DNA of 64,000 bases. Source: Acidimicrobiales bacterium (GTDB lineage: Bacteria; Actinomycetota; Acidimicrobiia; Acidimicrobiales; Bog-793). The translations under genes were made by a program, and so were the position numbers. Below are positions 7,020 to 15,496 of this stretch, one piece after another. Below the pieces are notes generated by a model that worked only from the letters and a program-made list of their open reading frames with translations, searched no databases and was not told where the DNA came from. Positions within the stretch are counted from its first letter, which is position 1; each line of letters starts with the position of its first letter. The stretch spans positions 733-64,732 of the forward strand of contig JBEKGS010000001.1 of NCBI GenBank assembly GCA_050012675.1, given 5' to 3'.

Positions 7020-9541
7020 GCGATGCAGCCCTGGCTGCGATGCCCGGTGAGGAGATCACCGTGTCCGAGGCACCGCCCCCGTCTATCCCCGGGCCCCCGG
7101 TAGCCGACCTCCCTTCACGGAGCCCCGAGACCAGTGAGCTGCAGGGTACAGATACTGCAGCGGGGGCGGTCGCGCCGATGCGCGTGGTCGGCCAGCCGGT
7201 CGCCCACCATGACTTCATCGAAAAGGTCAAGGGCTCGATCCTCTACGCGGCCGACTGGAAACTGCCCGGCATGCTCTACGGACGCGTTGTCCGGGCCACG
7301 GTGGCGTCCGCCGGGATCGTCTCGATCCATACCGACAAGGCGCGGGCCCTGCGCGGCGTGGCGGCCGTCCTTACCGCGGAGGACGTTCCCTCGAACCGGC
7401 TCGTCGAGAAAGCAACCGGAGGCCCCGGTGAACTTCTGATCGCCACGCCCATCCTCGCCCGCGATCGCGTGCGCTATGCCGGTGAACCGATCGCCCTGGT
7501 CGCTGCCGAGACCCAGCAGATCGCCGACGCCGCAGCCGAGCTCGTCCAGGTCGGCTACGAGGAGCTGCCGGGCGTTTTCGATCCCGAAGCTGCGCTGCTG
7601 CCTGGCGCGCCGCTCGTGCACGATGCCGGCAACGTCTTGATCAGTTGGCACATTCAACGCGGCGATGTCCAGGCCGCCCTGGCAGCCGCCGATGTCGTCG
7701 TCGAGGGTGAGTACCGAACACAGCATGTCGAACATGCCGCCCTGGAGACCGAGTCCGGGGTGGGCTGGATCGAGAACGACGTGGTCACATTGCGCGTCTC
7801 GACTCAGATCATCGAGCACGCAACTGAGATCGCGGAGATCCTCAAGCTTCCGGCGAACAAGGTTCGCGTGATAGCCGCGTACATGGGGGGCAGCTTCGGA
7901 AGCAAAGAAGGCATGACCGTCGAGACTTACCTCGCTCTACTGGTGTGGAAGACGAGGCGGCCGGTCCGGATGGTCTGGAGCCGCCAAGAGTCCATTCTCG
8001 CCTCGACCAAGGGGCACCCGTTTATCATGCGCTACCGGACCGGCGCGACCAACGATGGCCGGATCGTCGCCCAGGACATCGATCTCATCGGCGACGCTGG
8101 CGCCTATCCGCACAAGAGCGCACGCGTCTTGTTCTACGGGGCAGCGCTCTCGTGCGGCCCGTACCTCACGCCGAACGTCTCCGTGCGCTCGCGCGCCGTT
8201 TTCACCAACAACGTCCCGACGAGCGCGTTCCGGGGTTTCGGCGCAAGGCAGGTAACCCTCGGCTACGAGTCGCAGATGGACCGGCTCGCTGAGACCCTTG
8301 CCATGGACAAGGTCGAGGTACGCCGGCGTAACTTCCTCCACAAAGGTGATGTGATCCCGACCGGCGAGACGCTCGACACGGCTGTGGCGGTCGGTGAGAC
8401 CCTCGAGCGGGCTTTGGCTCGGCTCGGGGAACCGAGCGCGCCGAGCGCGCCGTCGAAGCGGGTTGGTCGCGGGTTCGCCTGCAACATGCATCCCTACGGG
8501 CGCACGGTCTGGTTCCGAGACAGTTCCTCGGCATGGCTCAGCATGCAAGCGGACGGCACCTTGCTCATAAGATGCGGGGTGACCGATGTCGGTGGAGGGC
8601 AGGCGGCCAGCCTGTGCCAGATCGCATCTGAGATCCTCGGGGTACCGCTCTCGCGGATCAGCGTCTACATCGGCGACACCGCACTTACGCCGCCGGCGGG
8701 TGGGACCTTTGCTACCCGGCAGCTGCTCATGTCTGGGAACGCGGTCATGCGGGCCGCATTGCAGCTTCGCGAACTGGTCGCCCCGGTGGCCGCCGAGGCA
8801 CTTGGTTGCCCCGTCGCCGGAGTCGTGTTCGAAGATGGTCGGGTCACGGCGGCGGGCGCGGCCAGCGCAGGCGCGTCCGAGGAAGGGATCAGCCTCGGCG
8901 AGCTGGTCAGTATGTGCGAGGCCCGCTCGGTAGACCCCACCACGCTGTACGTCTTTCACCCGGAAGCGGAGCGTCGCGGGTTCGACACGGAACCGGGCCA
9001 ATTGGTGAGTTTTCCCGACTACACCTACGGCACACATGCCGCGGAGGTCGAGGTCGACCTAGAGACAGGCGAGGTCGAGGTGCTCAAGTACGTCAGCTGT
9101 CACGATGTGGGTCGGGCGATCAACCCGCTCCGGGTCGAAGGACAGATGCAGGGAGGGGCGATGCAGGGCCTCGGCTACGCCCTCATGGAGGAGATCATCC
9201 TTGACGAGGGCAAGATGGCCTCGTCGTTGTTGGCCAACTACCTCGTTCCCACTTCGGACGACATGCCGGATGTGATGGTGGAAATTGTCGAGAGTGGGGA
9301 GGGCAAGGGACCCATCAACGCACGTGGCATAGGCGAGGCAGTGATCGGCAATGCCGCACCGACGATCGCCAATGCCGTCGCTGATGCCATCGGATTGCGC
9401 CCGACACAGCTGCCGATAACCCCCGAGCGGGTACTTGCCCTGTTGGACGCGGCCGACGGCACATCTGCGTCGGGCTCGGTGTCACCTGTCCCGGGCGTCC
9501 GGTCGGCAGGGACGGCCGCCGACGCTTGCGCCGCGGGATAG
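7016..9541 (+). CDS. molybdopterin-binding large subunit, xanthine dehydrogenase/aldehyde oxidase family
   Basis: The TTG start overlaps the upstream stop and GAGGAG lies 9 nt upstream. Motifs include AYMGGSFGSKEG, FRGFGARQ and GIGEAVIGNAAPTIANAV. The form-I CODH VAYRCSFR loop is absent. Confidence 0.9.
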   Translation: MSDAALAAMPGEEITVSEAPPPSIPGPPVADLPSRSPETSELQGTDTAAGAVAPMRVVGQPVAHHDFIEKVKGSILYAADWKLPGMLYGRVVRATVASAGIVSIHTDKARALRGVAAVLTAEDVPSNRLVEKATGGPGELLIATPILARDRVRYAGEPIALVAAETQQIADAAAELVQVGYEELPGVFDPEAALLPGAPLVHDAGNVLISWHIQRGDVQAALAAADVVVEGEYRTQHVEHAALETESGVGWIENDVVTLRVSTQIIEHATEIAEILKLPANKVRVIAAYMGGSFGSKEGMTVETYLALLVWKTRRPVRMVWSRQESILASTKGHPFIMRYRTGATNDGRIVAQDIDLIGDAGAYPHKSARVLFYGAALSCGPYLTPNVSVRSRAVFTNNVPTSAFRGFGARQVTLGYESQMDRLAETLAMDKVEVRRRNFLHKGDVIPTGETLDTAVAVGETLERALARLGEPSAPSAPSKRVGRGFACNMHPYGRTVWFRDSSSAWLSMQADGTLLIRCGVTDVGGGQAASLCQIASEILGVPLSRISVYIGDTALTPPAGGTFATRQLLMSGNAVMRAALQLRELVAPVAAEALGCPVAGVVFEDGRVTAAGAASAGASEEGISLGELVSMCEARSVDPTTLYVFHPEAERRGFDTEPGQLVSFPDYTYGTHAAEVEVDLETGEVEVLKYVSCHDVGRAINPLRVEGQMQGGAMQGLGYALMEEIILDEGKMASSLLANYLVPTSDDMPDVMVEIVESGEGKGPINARGIGEAVIGNAAPTIANAVADAIGLRPTQLPITPERVLALLDAADGTSASGSVSPVPGVRSAGTAADACAAG

Positions 9542-9556
9542 GGGATCCACCGGGAA

Positions 9557-9880
9557 CTACTCCCTCGAATACGGCTTGCCGTCGGCTGCCAGGGGCCGTA
9601 CGCGGCCGACGAGGCCCAAGACGACGGCGATCGTGATCACGTACGGCGCCATCGACAAGAAGGGCCGCGGGTATCCCGGCGTCGATGACCGCCAGCTGGC
9701 TTTGCAGGGATTCTGCGAAGCCGAAGAGGAGCGCCGCTCCGAGAGCGCCGTAGCGGCGCCAGCGCCCGAAGATCATCGCCGCCAGCGAAGCCGAGCCCTG
9801 AGCTCATGTCGGTCACGAATTCACCGATCGAGCCGGCTGCGTCGCGGACAGGTTCCCGCGGCAGAATCGACGGCCATGCA
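9557..9880 (-). pseudogene. remnant of the C-terminal third of a BMP-family (sugar/nucleoside-type) ABC transporter permease
   Basis: Homology is spread over three frames: ...AAGSIGEFVTDMSSGLGF / (x)LAAMIFGRWRRYGALGAALLFGFAESLQSQLAVIDAGIPAALL / MAPYVITIAVVLGLVGRVRPLAADGKPYSRE*. At least two frameshifts are needed, and the N-terminal roughly 250 codons are missing. Confidence 0.6.
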
Positions 9881-9885
9881 CGTGC

Positions 9886-10389
9886 CTACGTCCCGCAGGT
9901 CCAGGTGACCTTCCCTGAGAGGGTGGGCCCAGGCTTGAACGGCGTAGCCTTGGAGAACGTGAACGAGCCCGACCCGTTCGCATGTACCGTCATAGAGGCG
10001 CTCGCCGTCTTAGCAACAGCGTTGTACATCCCGCTTCCAACGATGATGTCGGTCCCGCCACTCTTCAAGATGTCGGCCTTCGTATAGGTGCCGGGCCCCT
10101 TATAGGGGCTGACGCCCGCGGTGAAGTCGATGTTTTCAGCGTTGCCGGACGGAGGAGGTGGGCTCGGCACTCCGAACCTGGCCGGGCCGCCGACGAAGGC
10201 CACTCCAGTTCCGTGCGAACCGACATATGCGCACGACGCAGCCAGAATCTCGTTGACGAACGACGCGTGCTTGGAGACTGCGCCGGTCAACTGATACGTG
10301 GCTTTGAGATCAACGTTGCCGATGGCTGCGGCACTGGTCCGCGACGAAGCGCTTACGGGCGAGACACCCACCCGAGGAACAGGAGGCAA
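9886..10389 (-). CDS. hypothetical secreted protein (mature part); its signal peptide lies in another frame upstream
   Basis: Track ORF with a Gly/Ser/Thr-rich product ending KVTWTCGT. No family was recognised. See the finding on the out-of-frame signal peptide at 10353-10427. Confidence 0.5.
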   Translation of the reverse strand: MPPVPRVGVSPVSASSRTSAAAIGNVDLKATYQLTGAVSKHASFVNEILAASCAYVGSHGTGVAFVGGPARFGVPSPPPPSGNAENIDFTAGVSPYKGPGTYTKADILKSGGTDIIVGSGMYNAVAKTASASMTVHANGSGSFTFSKATPFKPGPTLSGKVTWTCGT

Positions 10390-10906
10390 GCGAAAACGAG
10401 TCCTGCGCCTTTGAGCCGATTGTCCATCCGAGAATTCTAGGAGAGATCCAAGGCCGACCTTCTACTCTCCCAGAAACTATTTGCAGCACGCTGCCGTCTA
10501 GCTGAAGTCGGGCGGCGTCCGCCTCACGCCCGCCATAGCGGCTTGCAGGGATCTCCAAGACGAGCGTTTCGAGAGAGGCGGAACGACGCCGGTCGCACTC
10601 TCGAGCGCTCCTGCAACGGCGTCAGGCAACCTCACCTTCACCTCGATCGATGGGCCACAGTTGGCAGGGCCGTCGGAGGGTCCGCGACGACCAGCCCGTC
10701 GGCTGTCTCAGCCCGGTTCTCTTTGACACCGTGGTCCGTACCTGCACGACACCTTTCTGATGCGGTTCCGGTACCTGGGCGACGTCGGTTCGGTATCTGC
10801 TCCACGCTTTCCTCTACCTGCGTACCCATCAGCTCACCGCCGGCTGCCTCCTTGCTGTCAGCATCGTCCAGCCGGTCCCATTCGCCGTCCGACGGGTCGT
10901 GGCACG

Positions 10907-11491
10907 TCACAGTCTCGCGAGCGCGCGTCGGGTCGTGACAACAACGGCGAAAAGCCACAACGGAGGTGCGGCAGCCGCGCAGCGCTCGGAGAGTCCCAGC
11001 AGTGCGCCATGGCTCTCGAGCGCGTACCACGCCGCGAGCCCAAGGCAGACTGCCGCCGCAACGAAACTCGGAGTAGGTGTCAAAAGCGGCGCAGGCTGTC
11101 GTCGATGCGAAGCGAACACCGGCCACGTACAGCAGGTCAGCGCCGCCGCGATAACCGCGAGTTCATGCGCGAGCGAGTAGCCGTATCGCGGCTCTCGGTA
11201 CACGGCGATCAAGAGCGTCGCCACCCCTCCGACGGCGAGCAGGACGCGGCCGACACGCCCCGCAGGCCGCAGGCCGAACGCCGCGAGCAGATAGCACAGG
11301 GCCAAACCGGCTAGGGCTGAAGTCATCACCCACGAATCGGTCGCTCCCGGTCGGGCAAGGTCGCTGATGGTGTCGCGGACCGGGTTGTACGCACCCGGCT
11401 GCAGAGCCGTGGCAACAAGAAAGCCGCCGATGAGGAGCACCGGGGCCGCGCTCGCGGCCGCCACCGCCCACCAGGGGATCGTTTTCACCAT
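10907..11491 (-). CDS. DUF998 family integral membrane protein
   Basis: The product has about six hydrophobic helices. The N-terminal block AYNPVRDTISDLARPGATDSWVMTSALAGLALCYLLAAFGL is typical of DUF998. Confidence 0.7.
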   Translation of the reverse strand: MVKTIPWWAVAAASAAPVLLIGGFLVATALQPGAYNPVRDTISDLARPGATDSWVMTSALAGLALCYLLAAFGLRPAGRVGRVLLAVGGVATLLIAVYREPRYGYSLAHELAVIAAALTCCTWPVFASHRRQPAPLLTPTPSFVAAAVCLGLAAWYALESHGALLGLSERCAAAAPPLWLFAVVVTTRRALARL

Positions 11492-11793
11492 GGGATCCTA
11501 CGCGCCGGACTGCCCACCCGACCCCCAGTGAGGACCGGAGTCTTACCGTTCCCAGCTGAAGTAATGGACCCCGCTGTTATCCGCCAGAGTGCGGCTTGAC
11601 CGGTCGTCGCAAGATTCGTGGAACTCGTCTTGGCAGGAAGAGCCGCTGGCCCAATCCGGCCCAGGGGCGCCGCGCCATGACGACGTCGAACTCATCCACC
11701 CGGCATTGATGGCCAGAGGCGGCATCGGTGAGGACGCGTCCGTGCGCCAAGTCCAGCGGCCCAACTCCAGTGACCCTCGGGATTCGTCGAAAG

Positions 11794-12561
11794 CTAGCCC
11801 ATTCGGCTCGTCGGTGACGTGCCGAAACGAGCGGCTACAGCCTGTTTCAGCCCGTGCGGCCAACGGTCCGATACCGCGTCGGTCGCCGTGACGAGCTGAC
11901 GTTGAGCCTTGGGGTCACCCGCAAAGGCGCGGATCGACAACTCTGGCTCCAGATTCGCTATTGCCAGGATCGCGCCGGCGCATTCCATTGCCCCAGCCAG
12001 TAGGACGAGGTTCGTGGAGCCTACGTAGAGCCATCCGGCAAACACGTCGAGTTCCTGGGATAGCCGGTGGGGATCCCCGCTCGAGTCCTTGAGGCCGACA
12101 ACCGGAAGTTCCGGGAGGACCGAAACGGGCAGTCCCGGTGGTGAGAAAGCCGGGAAGTGATAGGCAAGCACGCTTGCCCCTCCCGCGGCCTCAGCCACCA
12201 GTTCGTAATATTCGCGAGCATCAGAGCTCCGCGGCGGCGAGAGCGCGAGTACAGCGTCGGCCCCCGCTTCCAGGACCACCTTGGTCAGGTGGACTGCCTG
12301 GCGGGCGGACGGGGCCCCGGCGCCGGCCAGGACCGGCACCTGCGGCGGCAAGGTGGCCCGCACGGTGCCGACCAGGACGGCGTACTCATCGGGATCAAGT
12401 GAGGCGGACTCTCCCGTAGACCCGGCGACGAGGACGGCCTGAATCCCGATCTCCACCAGACGACTCGCATGTTCAGCCGTCGCCCCTGCATCGACGGCCC
12501 CGGAGGAGTCGAACAGAGTGAGCAGGGCGACCCCGACACCGGAGAAGATCGGAACGCTCAT
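11794..12561 (-). CDS. dihydrodipicolinate synthase/N-acetylneuraminate lyase (DapA) family class I aldolase
   Basis: The ATG at 12561 has an AGGAGG SD. Motifs include VAGSTGESASL, LAYHFP and the Schiff-base lysine in VVGLKDSSGD. Confidence 0.85.
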   Translation of the reverse strand: MSVPIFSGVGVALLTLFDSSGAVDAGATAEHASRLVEIGIQAVLVAGSTGESASLDPDEYAVLVGTVRATLPPQVPVLAGAGAPSARQAVHLTKVVLEAGADAVLALSPPRSSDAREYYELVAEAAGGASVLAYHFPAFSPPGLPVSVLPELPVVGLKDSSGDPHRLSQELDVFAGWLYVGSTNLVLLAGAMECAGAILAIANLEPELSIRAFAGDPKAQRQLVTATDAVSDRWPHGLKQAVAARFGTSPTSRMG

Positions 12562-12569
12562 CGTGCCTC

Positions 12570-12597
12570 CTGATTGTTTGGCTGGCTGATTGTTTGG
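12570..12597. repeat. tandem direct repeat CTGATTGTTTGG (x2, 16-nt period) in the DapA-family gene leader
   Basis: Seen directly in the sequence: CTGATTGTTTGG-CTGG-CTGATTGTTTGG. It lies immediately upstream of the minus-strand SD and start at 12561. Confidence 0.5.
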
Positions 12598-12731
12598 GCC
12601 GGTCCCTCGCGGCCACTCTTTCGGCTCCCGCGGCCAGAAGGTACCGATCGAGGACGTCTCAACTCGCCGTCCTCCGGCTCTGAGGAAGTCGGCCCTTGTC
12701 GGGTGCAAGGCGTCGCAGTAACGTTAGTCGA

Positions 12732-12751
12732 TTGTCGTCAGGCGACGACAA
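12732..12751. promoter_or_regulatory. perfect inverted repeat TTGTCGTC-AGGC-GACGACAA, candidate operator or leader hairpin of the ABC operon
   Basis: Seen directly in the sequence. It ends 10 nt before the GGAGGGG SD of the solute-binding-protein gene. The GT...AC-type palindrome is compatible with GntR-family operators. Confidence 0.4.
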
Positions 12752-12772
12752 GGCAAGAACGGAGGGGCTCCA

Positions 12773-14407
12773 TTGAACTTGGTCAAGAACAAGTATCGGA
12801 ATCACCGATGGGCCGCGTTGATCGGCGTCGCATGCCTTGTAGGAACCCTCACGGTCGCCCTGGCGCCCAGTGCATCCTCGGCGTCGGGCTCAGGCTCGGG
12901 TCCCCGATACGGCGGAATCTTTCAAACAGCGTTCCAGTCCAGTCCGACGACGTTTGACCCGCAGGTCTGTTACGACGCCACGTGCTGGGACAACATGGAG
13001 ATGATCTTCAACCGTCTCTACGACTACGAGACGGCGGGCACGACGCTCGAGCCCGAGGCCGCGACAGCCATGCCGGTGAGATCGGACGGCGGCAAGGTCT
13101 ACACGATCTCCATCCGCAAGGGCATGGAGTTCTCCAACGGCAAGCCCGTGACGGCAGCCGATTTTGCCTACTCGTTCTCTCGGATCTGCAACCCGGCGAC
13201 GAAGTCGCCCGTGGTCGGCTTCTGGGACGAGGTGGTGGGTTGTGCGGCCTACGCCAAGAAGCCCACGGGTTACGTCTCGGGCATCAAGCCCCTATCGCCG
13301 TACTCGCTGCAGATCACGCTGACCGAGCCCGACGCGGCGTTCGTCTATGTCCTGGCCATGCCCCACGCCTCGGTCATCCCGACCGGCACGGGTCCCCAGC
13401 AGGCTCAGCACCCGCTGGGCTCGGGACCGTACGAGCTCGTCAGCTACACCCCAGGTCAGTCGATTGTCTTGCAGAAGAACCCCCACTACTGGAACAAGAT
13501 CTACCCGTACACCGACGGCGTCTACGAGAAGCTGGGCGTGAGCCCTCAGGTGCAGCTGCTCGAGCTCGAGAAGGGTCAACTCGACCTGATGGGTGACGTT
13601 CTGCCGAACTCGGACTACTTGAGCGTCATCGAGAACCCGTCGTTGAAGAAGCAGACGGTCACGATCTCGGCGTTGGACACCTATTTTTTGACGCTGAACA
13701 CGCAGATGAAGCCGTTCAACAACCCTCTCGTCCGAGAGGCGGTTTCGTACGCCGTCAACCGGTCGTCACTGCTGAAGTTCGTCAACGGCCAAGGCACCGT
13801 AGCCACGGGCTTCATCCCCCCGGGCGTGAAGGGCTACACCACCCAGAACATGGTCAACCCCCTGAACGTGGCCAAGGCCAAGGCGCTGCTGAAGCAGGCC
13901 GGGTACCCGAAGGGCTTCTCGACGAGCATGTACAGCTGGAACACCCAGCCCTGGACGAACCTGGACACGGCCCTGCAACAGCAGCTCGCCGCGGTCGGCA
14001 TCCAGGTGGCAGTGCACGCCATTCAACAGAGCACGTTCTTTACGCTCGCGGCCACGCCGGGCAAGACCCCCATGACATTGACATTCTGGGTGGCCGACTT
14101 CCCGGACGGCAGCGACTTCTTCAACGCGCTCGTGTCGTGCGCGGCGGACATTCCCGGAGGACAGAACTACCCCTTCTACTGCAATCACGCCGTAGACAGC
14201 GAGATCGCCCAGGGACTGGCCGATCCGAGCAGCGCCACGATGTACTACGTCGCCGCGACGAAGAAGTTGCTCGCTGACAACCCGATTGTCCCTCTTTACT
14301 TCGGGACGGTGACGACGGTGTACGGCTCGAACGTCGGTGGTTTCGCCCAGAACCCGATCTGGGCCTACATGATCGACCGTTACTGGTTGAAGAACCCTTC
14401 CGCCTAA
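12773..14407 (+). CDS. ABC transporter substrate-binding protein, family 5 (peptide/nickel/opine type)
   Basis: The TTG start has a GGAGGGG SD. A signal peptide is followed by a Ser/Gly linker. The product shows SBP_bac_5-like blocks along its whole length (544 aa). Confidence 0.9.
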   Translation: MNLVKNKYRNHRWAALIGVACLVGTLTVALAPSASSASGSGSGPRYGGIFQTAFQSSPTTFDPQVCYDATCWDNMEMIFNRLYDYETAGTTLEPEAATAMPVRSDGGKVYTISIRKGMEFSNGKPVTAADFAYSFSRICNPATKSPVVGFWDEVVGCAAYAKKPTGYVSGIKPLSPYSLQITLTEPDAAFVYVLAMPHASVIPTGTGPQQAQHPLGSGPYELVSYTPGQSIVLQKNPHYWNKIYPYTDGVYEKLGVSPQVQLLELEKGQLDLMGDVLPNSDYLSVIENPSLKKQTVTISALDTYFLTLNTQMKPFNNPLVREAVSYAVNRSSLLKFVNGQGTVATGFIPPGVKGYTTQNMVNPLNVAKAKALLKQAGYPKGFSTSMYSWNTQPWTNLDTALQQQLAAVGIQVAVHAIQQSTFFTLAATPGKTPMTLTFWVADFPDGSDFFNALVSCAADIPGGQNYPFYCNHAVDSEIAQGLADPSSATMYYVAATKKLLADNPIVPLYFGTVTTVYGSNVGGFAQNPIWAYMIDRYWLKNPSA

Positions 14408-14452
14408 ACCGCCAAGTGCCCACGACCAACCGCGTTCGCGTCGTCAAGAGCA

Positions 14453-15496
14453 GTGGTTTCAGCGTCATCGGTTGAACCGGTGCTGCGACGCGACGCGGTG
14501 GTCGTGGTCAATCGTCTGTCGGTCGCCTTCCCGAGCAGGACCGGCAGTGGCGAAGTCGTCCGCGATCTCTCCTTCTCGGTGAAAGCGGGACAACGCGTCG
14601 GACTCGTTGGTGAGTCCGGCTGCGGCAAGTCAATGACGGCGCGGGCCATCATGCAGCTCATCCCCGTTCCCGGTCGCATCAGCGGCGGTGAGGTCTACGT
14701 CGGCGGTGACCAGAACCCGGCAAGCGCCGCCAGTGCCAAACGCTGGCGCGGCACCACGGTGGCCATGATCACCCAGGACCCGCTCTCCAGCCTCAACCCA
14801 CTTGTGCGCATCGGGGTTCAGATCACCGAGATGCTCCGTTATCACGGCCGTCTCTCACGAGCCCAAGCCCGAACGCGGGCCGTCGAGTTGTTGAACGCCG
14901 TAGGCATCCCCAATCCCAAGCGCACGATGCGCCAATTCCCCAATGTCCTCTCGGGCGGTATGCGCCAGCGCGTCGCGCTGGCCATAGCCATAAGTTGCAA
15001 CCCGAGTTTGCTGATAGCCGACGAGCCGACTACTGCGCTGGACGTCACCATCCAGGCACAGGTTCTCGACCTGCTCGAGCAGATGACGGCCGAGCACAAC
15101 AGTGCCGTCCTGCTGATCACCCATGACCTCGGAGTCGTGGCGAATTTCTGCGAGGAGATCCTCGTGATGTACGCGGGGCGGATCGTGGAGACAGGCCCGA
15201 CTGAGCATCTCCTCGAGAGCCCTCAACACCCCTACACGGTTGCACTGCTGGCGTCGGTGCCGTCGATGACCGAGGAGGTGCCCGAACGCCTCAACTCGAT
15301 TTCCGGAAGCCCGCCCGTGGGCGGACTCGACATGCGCGGTTGCGCCTTCGCGCCGCGTTGTCAACTGGCTCAGCCCAAGTGTCTCGACATCGAGCCACAG
15401 TTGCGTGAATTGGGGTATTCGGCACGTCGCGTGGCCTGTCATGCCGCGGGTGAACCCAGCTGGCCGGGACGACGCACCGCAGAGGTAGTCCCGTGA
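14453..15496 (+). CDS. ABC transporter ATP-binding protein (DppD/OppD-like)
   Basis: Walker A GESGCGKS, signature LSGGMRQR and Walker [13 protein letters not shown] are present, with an oligopeptide-type C-terminal domain. Confidence 0.9.
   Translation: MVSASSVEPVLRRDAVVVVNRLSVAFPSRTGSGEVVRDLSFSVKAGQRVGLVGESGCGKSMTARAIMQLIPVPGRISGGEVYVGGDQNPASAASAKRWRGTTVAMITQDPLSSLNPLVRIGVQITEMLRYHGRLSRAQARTRAVELLNAVGIPNPKRTMRQFPNVLSGGMRQRVALAIAISCNPSLLIADEPTTALDVTIQAQVLDLLEQMTAEHNSAVLLITHDLGVVANFCEEILVMYAGRIVETGPTEHLLESPQHPYTVALLASVPSMTEEVPERLNSISGSPPVGGLDMRGCAFAPRCQLAQPKCLDIEPQLRELGYSARRVACHAAGEPSWPGRRTAEVVP

Noticed and set aside
7937-9037. A 366-aa antisense ORF inside the Mo-hydroxylase large subunit. 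Similar cases are 21029-22081, 47041-48021, 57234-58274, 58448-59584 and 61247-62359.
   Set aside because: The opposite-strand genes have unambiguous family motifs. The antisense products are low-complexity and Arg/Pro-rich. They are high-GC shadow ORFs.
10428-10906. A roughly 480-bp unassigned region with several 60-160-aa ORFs on both strands.
   Set aside because: None has an SD, a recognisable motif or convincing composition. It is left as intergenic or unknown.
11543-11863. A 106-aa minus-strand ORF between the DUF998 and DapA-family genes.
   Set aside because: It overlaps the DapA-family 3' end by 70 nt. It has no SD, its composition is Trp/Ser-rich, and no family was recognised. A competing plus-strand ORF is equally long. 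It is left unannotated.
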